Source: Chrysomallon squamiferum
Lineage: Eukaryota; Animalia; Mollusca
Direction: 5' to 3'
Length of the DNA stretch: 64,000 nucleotides
NCBI GenBank assembly: GCA_012295275.1
Contig: CM022673.1
Span: 29,698,001 to 29,762,000 of the forward strand
Below the pieces are notes generated by a model. It had not been told where the DNA came from. It worked only from the letters and a program-made list of their open reading frames with translations, and did not search any database. How positions within the stretch are numbered: the stretch's first letter is position 1; every line of letters begins with the position of its first letter. The position numbers and the translations under genes are program-made. Shown piece after piece: positions 26,021-38,100 of this stretch.

Positions 26021-28938
26021 GTTGTCAATTTTTATATAAACAGGGAAATACAACTCTTGATAAATGGGAGTTATCTCCTCATCTACAGTGACAGTATCTT
26101 CTTAACTGCTTTAACAACACGTTTGGATGCACTCCTCAAAGTTTCGATTTGTAATTAAAAATGTTTGCATGATTTTAAAATAATCAGCGATATCTAAATT
26201 CTATTTTAAAGTTTGTCTATTTTATGTTTTATATTAAATAAGCCTACTAAAAAATAAATAAATAAATAAATAAAAATGATAAATTAAATTTATCATATCT
26301 TTAAAAACAATAAAAATAGTAAGTTAGTTTATAAATCAGATATATTCGCTCTAGTGCATATTGAAAATTAAGTGTGACAAAAAAAACATGTCCAGAGGTA
26401 GTTTATATATATATTTCTTTTTAATTATTTTTATTTTTTTATTTTTCAAACAAATTTGAATTTTAGATATTTCAGTATTTCAAATTTATTATTTTACAGC
26501 TGTACCTTAATGAAAAACGTTACAATTTCATGACTTAATGAAATATAAATTCTCCCATTTCAGCCCTTTGTGTTAATTCCTCCGATTCAAGCTACTGTCC
26601 AATAATTTAACAAAATTTGTGTTAATACCAAATATTTTGCATTCAACAGCCACTGACCAATAATGATCAGAGAAAAAAAAAAGATAAAACATTATGAATA
26701 GATGAGTTTTTTATTCATTCTCAGTGATGTACTTTATTAGCTAAAAATGTTCACCAGTAATATAGAATAATGTGGAAATACATATCTGTGCTATTTTATA
26801 TATATCATCAGTGAAGTTCAAGTACAAGAATCACAGGCATTTAAAAAATATATATATTTTTTTTTAAATTTTCCTCTCTTTAAAAAATAAAAATAAAAAT
26901 AAAAACATTCAAAGAATGAAAAAATAAAGAAAACTTAAAACTGATGTGCTGGTATATTTTTTATTTCAACAAAAAGATTATTTTTAACAAGCAAGTTTAA
27001 ATGAACAGTTACTATAATCACAAAATAATGCACTGATATATATAAAATTGCTGAAATAAAAGCGTTTGCTGTTGCTATTAAATCAAAATCAGGAATGATG
27101 ATCTCTATTATTATTTTTTTATTAAAGTGTAAACTAAAAATATAACAATGAAGATAAATAACAACGAACATAAAGAAATGAATTCAAAATTTACCAAAAA
27201 ACAAATGAAAATAAATTAGTTATTAATCAGACTTCAAAAAAATAATAAAGAATAAATAGTGATAAATAAATTTTAAAAGCAATAAAAGGAAATAAATTTA
27301 TTTATATTTTTAGATATCACAGTATCAGGATTGTATTTTTTATGCATTTTTCTTCTGACATTTATAAGACAATAAAGTTGCACTTTTTTAAAATACAGAG
27401 TTGTCAGTGAAATTGTAAATTTAAAAAAATCACTGCTGAATCCAACCACAAGCTAGCTGTATTAGGGAATCCAGTATAAATTAATTCTTTTTTGTTGTTT
27501 TTAGTTAGTTTTAATTTTTATTAAATAATTCTATAAAGTAAGATAAACCATAACTATCATTTCATATACAAATGTATATATTTTTTTTAAAAAACATTCA
27601 GAGTCTCCTTAATAAATCTGCAAACCTGCAACCATCTGACAGTTTGGAAAATAAATTATAACACAAACAGCACATTTCTGTTACTTTTATTTTTGCTTTT
27701 CAATAAAACAACTCTAGTCACAATAAAAAATAAAGAAACAATTTGTAAACCAAAGAAGTCAATAATTAAAACAAAATTAAAAAATACAAGTTGAAAAATT
27801 GGTAGAAAAAGGTGCACTGTTTACATTTTCCTTACCCACTTTTGAATTTAAAGTCCAAAATTGTGTAATATTCAATTCAGTGGTTCAGACTATTTGAATT
27901 TGCACAGACATCTGTATGAAAGCATTATATATGTATAATTACATCCAATTGTTTATTTTTATGACTAATTAATAAAGAATATGTCTTAAACCAATAACTG
28001 ATCTTTTCCTAGACTAATAAGATGACAACATATAATCATTTTTATTACAATATTTATAGATTCTTTAAAAAGCTGCTAGTCTACTCCGATCATGTCCAAA
28101 TTTTAAATGAACTTCTACATGAGGTAAAATAACATAAAAAGATGTGACTGATACTGAAAAAGAAAAACCACTGCGTTTTAACTTCATCATTTTTAAACAA
28201 TGAAATCTAAACTCAAACAGTAAACAATCTTCCAGTTGTTATAATTATCTTTTATTTTTATTTATGTTTGGTTATTTGTTTGTTTATTTGTTTGTTTGTT
28301 CTTTTATAAAAAAAAATATATGATCTGATTAAAAACTAACCAGATAATCAAAAAATGATATTAATAATTACAAATCTAATTATTTAATTAAAATGTAAAT
28401 AAGTAACAAAAAAGTTAATAAAATAAATTTGTATTTCCAATCTATAATTTGGGCAATCATTATGTTTTATAAAAATAACAAATTAGAAAATATTAATAAT
28501 AATAATTAATAATAATAAATGATAACAATAATAACAATAACCAACATCCCTATATCCCAACAAACAAAAATAATAAAAATGCTGTAATTATAAATCGAGC
28601 AAATGAGAAATTAAGCAGTAAGACTAGAAATAAAAACGATTTTATTATTTGTCAAAACATATTTAAAAGTATATGATTCTGTTTTGAAACATATTTCAGA
28701 TAAATGAGTAACAATTTTCAACCTGGTGGAATGCAGATACATTAGAGACATGGAAATCTAAATCATAATACAAAAATTTACTTTAGTGAAAATTATTGTA
28801 AACTGAAGCATGCCTTTTAATGACATATTAATAACTGTTTTATTATAAATTTATTACAATTCAATAAATTATTTTTTGTATTTTACATTATATATCAGAA
28901 TTAATTTAATAATAATTTCAAATATTTGTTTTATTCCA

Positions 28939-31008
28939 CTACATGAATGCATATGGCCTATAGCGGCTTTTTTTCCCAGGTGGTACTAAGGAAATTGTCA
29001 GATTACCTTGGCTACCATTTGCCTCTATTTGTTCCATGTTGCATATTTTCACCAGGCGATGGTCAATGTCCTTCACAACTTCCAGTAATCCTGGGAGTGA
29101 TATTTTAAATGGATTCCCGACTGTCAACTCTATACTATCAAGGTCAGGACAGCCTTTCAAAACAGCTTCAATCCCATCCAAGGTCAGTTGTTTATTTCGA
29201 TAGGATTTCAATGATCTCAAACTTTTGCAGTATTTGCCAATTGCAAAAAATGCTACATTAGTGAAACGAACATTTTGTATTGTTGTTCCAGAAATGTCCA
29301 ACACTTGGAGATTGTGACATGACTTGACAAGAAACTCAATAGCATCATCAGTTATGAGGTAGCAGCCCTGAAGCATCAGCTTGCTTAGATCGGGACAATG
29401 CTTTGCTATTTGTCTAATAGAATCATTGGCAATCTTTGAACAGAAACCCAAATAGAGATGTTTTATGTGAGAATGTTTTGCAAATGTTTTACTATCACTC
29501 ATGTGGCCATTTTTGGTTTTATCTTCAACACAAGAAACAGTATCTACGTTTTGTTCATTGTAAGAACTGGAATCACAAGTTGAACACTGAAATGCTGTTG
29601 CAGCATCATTCACATTTATTTTTCTGTCTTTTTCCAGAGATGATTCATTCATGTTGAAGTTGGGCTTTTTATTTACTGGCATCTGATCTTCAGGTGAATT
29701 TCCAATTTCTGAACCAACTACACTACAGTCAATTGATGATACAGCTGAACTTTCCTCAGAATTTACTTGTGGTGTCAAAAGACTGTCAAAATTCAGTTTA
29801 CACAAATAATGACAAGTTTCTAGAGAAAGCATACACATCCACCTGCAGTTGGCAATCAAGACATTGATGCTCCCAGATGTGATCTGTACACACTCAGTGA
29901 GATGAACCATCTGAAGCTTCTGACAGTGGTTTGCAAGAGCTATGACAGCACTGTCAGTAACTGACAGACAGCCAGCAAGGCCAATCTCAATCAGGTTTGG
30001 ACAATGTTCTGCTACTGCAATGATTCCAGCATCACTAACACCTGGGCAGAAATTAACTTCCAACATTGTCAGCTTTTGACAGCCTTCTGCAATTCTCTGC
30101 AAGCCTACATTTGTGATGTTACATCCTCGTTCATACTGGTATTTATTTCCAATGAATGTCTGCAGATCCTTACAGTATTCACCAACAGCACAGAGGCCTA
30201 CATCAGTAATGTGAATACATCCTGTTACATCCAGATACTTCAGTGATGGGGAGTTTTCTACAATAGTTTGCAGAATTTTGTCATTTATGAATGTATATCT
30301 TAATCCTAGCTGCTGAAGACAAGTCTGAGTGTGTTTGATGTCAATGAATCCTTCCAATGACAAATCATTACTGTGCCCAAGATTTAATTTTTTTATATTG
30401 GGACAGTTTTCAAACAAGCCCTGAATGGCAACATCAGAAATATGTTCTGATTCAATGCTCAAGCTTTCCAACAGAGGACAACTTTGAAAAACTTTAACAA
30501 GTTTTTTGTTGAATAGTGCTGGATTTCCTTCACAACCAAAATCATCAAATGACAAGGTCCTGAGGTTTTTTAACTGACACACATAATATAGACAATTATA
30601 AATATTCACATAACTGCAGGCATGTATTTCTAGACCTTCTAAGAGAGGATATTTTTGCACTATCTGAGAAACCACATGATCACTGACACTAGTTAAACTT
30701 AAATTGAGGTATTTTAAACGGGTACATGTGATGTCTTTATGAAGAAATGACTGATCAGACAGATTCATTAACAAGCCAAAAGCTATTTCTTCAACAAGGT
30801 CTGATATTCCAGCCAGAAGCTGGAGAAATGATGAATCACCAAATGTTTCACCAAAATCTTCACAGTTGAGAGTTCGCCATAGACTTCTGTCATAACTGTG
30901 GTCATGCAGTAAGCGACACGTTCTTCTCACACTGGTAACAAGATCATGTATTTCCAAATACGACAGTATGTGCAAAAGAATTGGCTGTGGCAAGTCACAG
31001 ATATTCAT
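28939..31008 (-). CDS. F-box/leucine-rich repeat protein (FBXL family, Cys-containing LRRs), intronless CDS, 689 aa
   Basis: Single 2070-nt ORF with an N-terminal F-box (ICDLPQPILLHILSYL...DRSLWR) and many LxxLxLxxCxxITDxxL repeats. The specific ortholog cannot be assigned by eye. Confidence 0.9.
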   Translation of the reverse strand: MNICDLPQPILLHILSYLEIHDLVTSVRRTCRLLHDHSYDRSLWRTLNCEDFGETFGDSSFLQLLAGISDLVEEIAFGLLMNLSDQSFLHKDITCTRLKYLNLSLTSVSDHVVSQIVQKYPLLEGLEIHACSYVNIYNCLYYVCQLKNLRTLSFDDFGCEGNPALFNKKLVKVFQSCPLLESLSIESEHISDVAIQGLFENCPNIKKLNLGHSNDLSLEGFIDIKHTQTCLQQLGLRYTFINDKILQTIVENSPSLKYLDVTGCIHITDVGLCAVGEYCKDLQTFIGNKYQYERGCNITNVGLQRIAEGCQKLTMLEVNFCPGVSDAGIIAVAEHCPNLIEIGLAGCLSVTDSAVIALANHCQKLQMVHLTECVQITSGSINVLIANCRWMCMLSLETCHYLCKLNFDSLLTPQVNSEESSAVSSIDCSVVGSEIGNSPEDQMPVNKKPNFNMNESSLEKDRKINVNDAATAFQCSTCDSSSYNEQNVDTVSCVEDKTKNGHMSDSKTFAKHSHIKHLYLGFCSKIANDSIRQIAKHCPDLSKLMLQGCYLITDDAIEFLVKSCHNLQVLDISGTTIQNVRFTNVAFFAIGKYCKSLRSLKSYRNKQLTLDGIEAVLKGCPDLDSIELTVGNPFKISLPGLLEVVKDIDHRLVKICNMEQIEANGSQGNLTISLVPPGKKSRYRPYAFM

Positions 31009-32543
31009 TTTAAGTTAATTATCAATAAAGATTTAGATGTTAATTAAACATGGAAAAATAGCCAATGACACAGACATTTGTTTTCAAAATCTTTTTTCCA
31101 GGTAAGATGTGATTTTTTAGATATAAAAATAAAAAATACGATTATGTTCTAAGAACCATTTTCTGGTTTATGCAGATAAACAATCCTACATCACAAGTTT
31201 AAAAAAAAATATCTACACAACCATAGCTAATTTATAAAAATAAATATATTTATTGTAATAAGTGTTGATACAAAATATATGTTAAGAAATTTAGACTTTC
31301 GAAAACTTCACAATAAAATTAAAATATATAATCAAAGGGCAAAGTGCATTTTATCTTTTTGTTTAATTTGTAATACTGATAATGGAAATTCATGTTTTAA
31401 AAAATGGAAGACACAAATGATCATCTTTTATAAATATTCACCTCATTAATTATTTATTTTACATCTTTTTTGTCTCTCTCACCATAAAAAAAAGTTAAAA
31501 GATGGAATCTCTATACAGCCAGCATTCATTTCAATCAGTTTTTGTGTTTTAATCTTCATTTCAGTTCACAACAAATAATGTCAGCAGCAGATGTGTATTT
31601 AGTTTCATGAAATCATTCATTTCCCTCACTGAAATGATGTACTGATCTGAAATTTAAGAATATTAAAACCTCTGCATAAAGCAGTCTCTATGTTGGTATC
31701 TACAATCAAGTCCACAGTTGACTCTTTAATCAAAAAGCATCTGGATTGTCCATTTTGCATTTGAAGCTCACAGCATTGGAATACTAAAAAAAAAAAAAAA
31801 AAAAAAAGGTCTTAAAGGTATTCTTTCTAAAAATTGATATGAAATAAAATCAATTTATTACTCAAAGGTATAAACACAAACAAATTAATTTTTAAATTTA
31901 TAATTTTTTTTTATCATTAAATGTTAAATAATTTATGTTTGCAAAATGATTGATCAGCAAGGACTTCAATACATATTGATTTATATTTTAGAATAATTAT
32001 TTAAAATATAAATTATACTTGATGCAAATATTTTATAGTTAATGAATAAATATTAAACAATTAACTGGTCAATTGTATTATCAACATTTCATTAAGATAA
32101 CAGTATATAATTTTAACTCAAAAAATATTACGTACAGTAAAAACATTTCATTAACAATAATTCACTACGTTTTAATTAAAGTAACAATAAAAACAAAAAA
32201 CAAAAAATATATTTATTTATTTATTTATTTATTTATTTATTTCTGTATATATATATTATGATACTTAGATTCTTATGACAATTTGTAATAGTTACTTATA
32301 GAGGTATCTTAAACACTATTAAGATTATGACTCATCCTTCTTTTCTTTTCAACTCCATCAATCACTCATTCATTCATTAAATCGATACTGCTAGTGATGC
32401 TATGATAATGAAAGATAGATACAAAATCAAGCAGAATGCATTTACCATTTTATTCGATCTATACACCATTATAAACAGAATTCACCAAAATAAAATATAA
32501 TTAAAAACAGAAGTTTCGATTCATGTGAGACATTTTTTCTTAC

Positions 32544-32986
32544 CTAGTGTAAAAAAGATAATAGATGTTGGAATGAATCATCTGTTCACAGCTTCCAACA
32601 AATAATGCATTTATCATAGAGTTATCTTTCTTAGATGTTACTCTTTTTAAAATAAGTACATCAATAACTTGACGACTGAGCCTCGATTGTTTTGTTTATT
32701 ATCGGGAGTAAATATTCCTCGTACAAATTCGTTTATTAAAAGCATTCGGTTTTTTCCGTTGACACTATTCAAATTGAAGGTGCCGAACATAACCGAGCAC
32801 ATCCGATTATAACAGGTGCGCTTGTTCACTACCTAGAAACGAACAGAATATCGAGACCTATGTAAACAAAAAATGAACGTTTTTAGCACTGGCATGATTT
32901 GATAAAAAAGGAGTAAAATAGCAATTCTCAGCATCTCGTCAAAGAATAATCTGTTAGATGTTTGGGTGCTGACATACTTTACTCAA
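32544..32986. promoter_or_regulatory. Bidirectional promoter between the FBXL gene and DLEC1
   Basis: Minus-strand donor CTAG|GTAAGA at 32543 (acceptor 31784) and plus-strand donor CAA|GTAACT at 32987 (acceptor 33346) flank a CpG-rich stretch. X-box-like ACTACCTAGAAAC at 32828-32840 and forkhead GTAAACA at 32862-32868. Confidence 0.6.
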
Positions 32987-33403
32987 GTAACTGTTTTAAA
33001 ATAAGTTGTAATTTATAATGCTTATTCATATCATATTTAAATGTATTAAAAATCTGCTAAATTATCATTGATCATTGTCATCAATGATAATCATCATAAT
33101 GATCAGTAATCGAGATTTTGAATAAAACGGTTTCTGATTATATATGTACGTACATGCGTTTGTGTTTGTCTATGATTGTGATAATAACTTATTTTTAAAT
33201 ATATACATATATATAAAATTCTTAAGATTACCCCTTTAAAAATAGTTTTAAAGGAATATAGTTTCAAAAAACAAAACAAACAAGTACAACCAGTGTTAAT
33301 TAAAGTTATATTTAAGTAATTATAGTTATTTTAATTTCACTTGCAGTGTAAAAGTACAAAATTAATAGTTTCAGTAACAAATACACCACTGTTATTTGCA
33401 GCA

Positions 33404-33705
33404 ATGCCTGGTAAAGTCTGTACTAATGTTGGGCAGGAGCCATCCATGTTCTTGCAGAGGCCATCAACTGCAAAGTCTCAAGATGTACGACACATTCTTA
33501 CAAAAACTTTTAGACAGTTGTATACTCGAGATGCAATTAGAACAGAAACAGTAAAGAATCTACAGGTCTCCAAAGGCAGCGATGATCCGTATCATGAAAG
33601 ATACGTGGAATCTTTGCAAAAGGTAGAAAACATTTACCTCATAGAATTTTCGTTGACAGTTAAGTTAGGTATTTTAAAATATCTTTTAATTTTTTAATTT
33701 TAATT

Positions 33706-33736
<31 letters not shown>

Positions 33737-35122
33737 TTTTATATTTATTTTATATATTTATTTTATTATCATAATTTTTATATTAACAAATAGAGATACT
33801 CCTTCAATCACATTAAAATCTTAAATTTAAACAGAAATACATTAAGACAATTTTAAACATTTCTTTTTTTTCATTTTTAAGCTCAAATTTTGCGAATGTA
33901 AATTAAAACATTCCTCTTTAAAGTTTAATCAAGTGAAACTAAAAGTGTTGGAGAATATTAGCTGACAGTTTTATACCAGTGAGTCATTCACAAAGTGTTT
34001 TAGTAAATGACGTTTGAAACAGAATGTTATAAGAAAGATTATGTAAGAGCCAAAATTTGTCAAAACTCAAAACTAAAATGTCTAGTGAACTATTTATTAT
34101 TTGCAGTTATTTAGAAACAGGATTATCTATTGTATTATGTCATTTTTCTTCCTTTGTTGTTAAAAATGTTTCTGGTTTTGTGTCAGATATATGAAGAATG
34201 GCAGAGACGAATGGATGAAGCAGCCATGTTGGAGACACATATCATGCAGGCACAAGCCAGAGCCACATCAGCAGATGAGAGGGAGCTCAATCGCATTGCT
34301 CAGAGCTGTGACGCATACAAAACCTTGGGGTTGCCGCCAAGTAAATTATTAATATTTATAAAGAATGTTTTTGGTTGCAAAAGAGATGAATAGTTTTTAA
34401 TGTCTATTTTTAATTTTTATGGTGAATTATTCAGATTTGTCTAAGTAATATCCCCTTAATATATAAATATCAACAATAACAATGATAAAATTAACTATAG
34501 AAACAGATATTTAATGCAATTTGTTATCTAAATTAATTAATACTAAAATATTTTAATATATATTGCAGGCCGCTCGCATTTCAGTGTTTGTATTGACAGT
34601 ACCTTATTGAAGAAACACAATCTTCTCACACCAGATGATTATGGAATGGCTGAACGAGTTGCTACAAACCCTCCTTCAGGTTAATTTTTTAGCTAAAGTA
34701 TAAATGAATGGTACTTTTTAATTTTTAGATCATATCTTTCTTTTTATTATTCTTGTACATCTATTCATCCACTGCAGAATTCATCATATTTTTTTTACAT
34801 TAAATTAATTACGTCTGAAAAAGAACAAAAAATGTTGTGCATTATGTGCTGAAGTCAAATAATTTAAACTGTTCTTTGTCATAAAATATAATATCAAAAC
34901 TGAAAAAAATTAAAAAGTAATAATTTAAATTAAAATCAGATGTGCATATAAAACAGTCAGATGTGTGTATATGTATGTGTTTGTGTGTGTGTGTTCTTTG
35001 TTTATTATTTGATATATGCATAAATATATACATACATATGTCCATACATACACACACATACATACACACATACATACACACATACTCACACATATACATA
35101 CATACATACATACATACATACA

Positions 35123-35157
<35 letters not shown>

Positions 35158-38100
35158 TATAGATATTACTTACTTTTAAAATCATATGAAAATATTAATA
35201 TTAACTCTGTAAATCTATTCCATCCTTATAATAAGATATTTTTCTAAAGCATCTAAACAACATACTTGTATTTTTGCCCTGAGGTGGAGTTTTGTTACTG
35301 TGATAAATTACTCTCTCTGTTACTGTTTCTTTAGCTCCAAGAATTCCCAGCTATGAACGTGAAACACTGACATCTCAACAACACTCTCTCATAAACAGTG
35401 GGATTATAGAAACACCTTTGCCAGACCTCAATGACATGTATAACAAAGATATGAGTTTTATAACAGATGAAGAACTGGAAACTATCCCAGAATTATACAC
35501 AGAACATGTAAGTGCTGCCTCTCTGTTGTAAAACTGAAAAGAAAAACAAATAGTGAATATCATAATAAAATTTTCTTTTTTCTTTTAGCCATTTAATTTT
35601 TTTTTTATTTTTATTACATATCTATTTTTTCTTTATTTGTTTGTTTGTTTACTTACTAATTTACATTATTAATTGATCATTCTTTGTTTTCTTTTTTCTT
35701 TTTTTCTGTACAGAAAAATGAAAATGGAGACCTGTTTTAACAATGTAAATGTTTATTGTTTGTTTATTTACCATTAATGTATTTATTTTTCTCTTTAGAA
35801 AACCAAATGGGATGCATGGAAAAAACAAATGAATGAAGAACAAAGGGAGATAGAGAGAAGAGATTTGGCTAATCTTCAAGCTAAAGTACATTATCTTCGT
35901 AATCCTCGCTGTGTGCCAAGTACAGCCAGCTTTGTGCCACAAACTTTAGTCAAACCACTGAAAAAGAAACCCAAAGAAATTGGTATACAAGACAAACAGC
36001 CAGCAATAAAGTGAGTTTGATTAGTTTATACATTCATTAATAGTTTTTATTTGTAGAGTTTTAGTTTTATTTCTCATGTTTGTTTTGACTGAGCTTTATT
36101 AACTGATAGCAGTTATATTTTAGTCTTAATTTTTGTTTCTTATATTATTTTTTTATGTTAATTTGTTGTTGTGTTTTTGTTTTTTTTAATGTTTTTTTAT
36201 TATTATTTTTTATTTTTTAGAGTTTATTCGTGAATTAATGTTTTCTGAATTTAGGTGTTTTTTTACTTAAAGAATGTAAATATTAGTTTTCAAATTCACA
36301 TTTGTTTATTTAAATTTTGTAGCATTTACGCTTTATTTCATGAAGCATGTTTTAGAATTTAGATTTATCAATCAAATTCTTAAACAAAGAGAGAAAAAAG
36401 TAAATAATAATAATAATAACAATAGTTCAGTTGTTTTCAAGATTCTTATCAACATAGTTTATATATTTTTTTATTTATATTTGCTGTTTTCAGGCCACAA
36501 GAACCAGTTCCTATCTTCCAACCATCACCGCCAGTGATTGTCTTTACCAATTACTCTGTAGGAGAGGTTTATGAGGTTAGTTACAAAAAGTCAAACATTA
36601 TTATTGTGATTTTTGGTTTGAGTATTTTCATTTGAAGCTTACATTAATTTAACAATATGCAGATTTCAAAAATCAAGAAAATTTAGTAATGTTTTTGATG
36701 TTATTAACACAGAAGTTGTTTCTATTAGATCTTTTGATTATAATTTCAAAAATCAGTTTAATACTGAATAGGCAGTTCCAGTAACAGTTACATTTTGTTA
36801 ACCTAAGTAAAAAAGAAGAGAAGATATTTCTAAAATATTTTTTCTTTGTTTATTTAGTTTCCAGTGAATACACATTTATGTTTGAATTAATTTCAAACTG
36901 ACAAATCTTTTGTTTTGACAGACTATTCTAGAACTGAAGAATGTTTCATCTGTTTTGAGACAATGTAGGGTATTGCCTTTGTCAACCCCATATTTTGCTG
37001 TTGGTTTAGGTAAGTATATATATATATATAGGCCATAAAATGAATGAATGTTTATTAGTTTAATTCATCATATATTTAAATTAAAATTTTATAAAGATAC
37101 AAAATGGAAGCATATTGAAAATTATCAGTATATCAAGAGATGTAAAAATTAAAAATATAAAAATTAGTAAATAAAATGTTTCATATTTTTGTTATTATTT
37201 TTACCATTAAGTATTTATGTATGTTTTGTAGGATATGTTTGTGTGTGTGTGTGTGTTGTGTGTGTGTGTGTGTGTGTGTGTTACAAGGTAGCAGTGCTGA
37301 AGCATCAGCTTGCTTAGATCTGGACAATGTTTTGCTATTTTGTGTGTGTGCGAGTGTGTGTGTGTTTTTGTAAGTGTTTTATTAAGTACAAGTCTAATAT
37401 TTATAAGCATATATCACTGTGTGTATTTTTTAGGTCAGTTTCCAGGAGAACATGGTCTGGTGGCTCCTGGTATGAGTTGTAAATATCCTGTACGATTCGT
37501 ACCTGATTCCTTGGGCAACTATGAAGACAACATTCTTATACAGACTCAGTCGTCAAAGCCACTGATTGTTACTGTGAAGGCTTGCAGAGAACCACCATCC
37601 CTAGCAAGTGCGTGTCTCAGAGAAGCTCAAGATTTCATTAAACAATGCATTCTTAAGACTTTAATAACATTTGACTGGGTTAATGGTATTTTTTCAAACA
37701 GCATTTCACTAGACAAAGATGTGGGTTTTGTGGTGATGGCTCTAAGCAGTGTTTGGGTTATACCTTTCACAGAAATTACTTACATTTGTGTAAAGATCAT
37801 GTTTATCCATAGTTTTTATAATGTGGATTATATATGCATGTCTGTATGATTTTAATGTGTTTATTATTTTAAGTGCCACCTGTCCTTGACCTTGGTTGCT
37901 GTCTAGTGGGAGGATGTAATGTGACACAGTATGTGGTGATCAACAAGGGGGGGCCAGGAAGATTCTGTATCTTGTCCAGCAGTTCCTGGCCAGCCACAAA
38001 CTTTAGAGTATGTATCTTTTACAGTTTATCAGGTTGTTTAGATCATATCTATTATAGAACTGTTTAGGAATAAAATGTTATGTAAATGATGAGATATTAA

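Noticed and set aside
29436-30246. Plus-strand ORFs inside the FBXL gene
   Set aside because: Antisense shadows of the long ORF, with no independent evidence.
34842-35247. Overlapping ~90-100 aa ORFs (MYVC / HTYI repeats)
   Set aside because: These are translations of the (CATA)n tract.
37207-37410. Minus-strand ORF with LRR-like peptide, as a second FBXL gene
   Set aside because: Only about 20 codons are homologous, with microsatellite on both sides and no splice sites. It is treated as an inserted fragment.
37608-37849. In-frame extension of ORF 37310..37849 past the DLEC1 exon
   Set aside because: The donor A|GTGCGT at 37608 joins in phase to 37874 and restores the DLEC1 sequence, so the extension is intronic.
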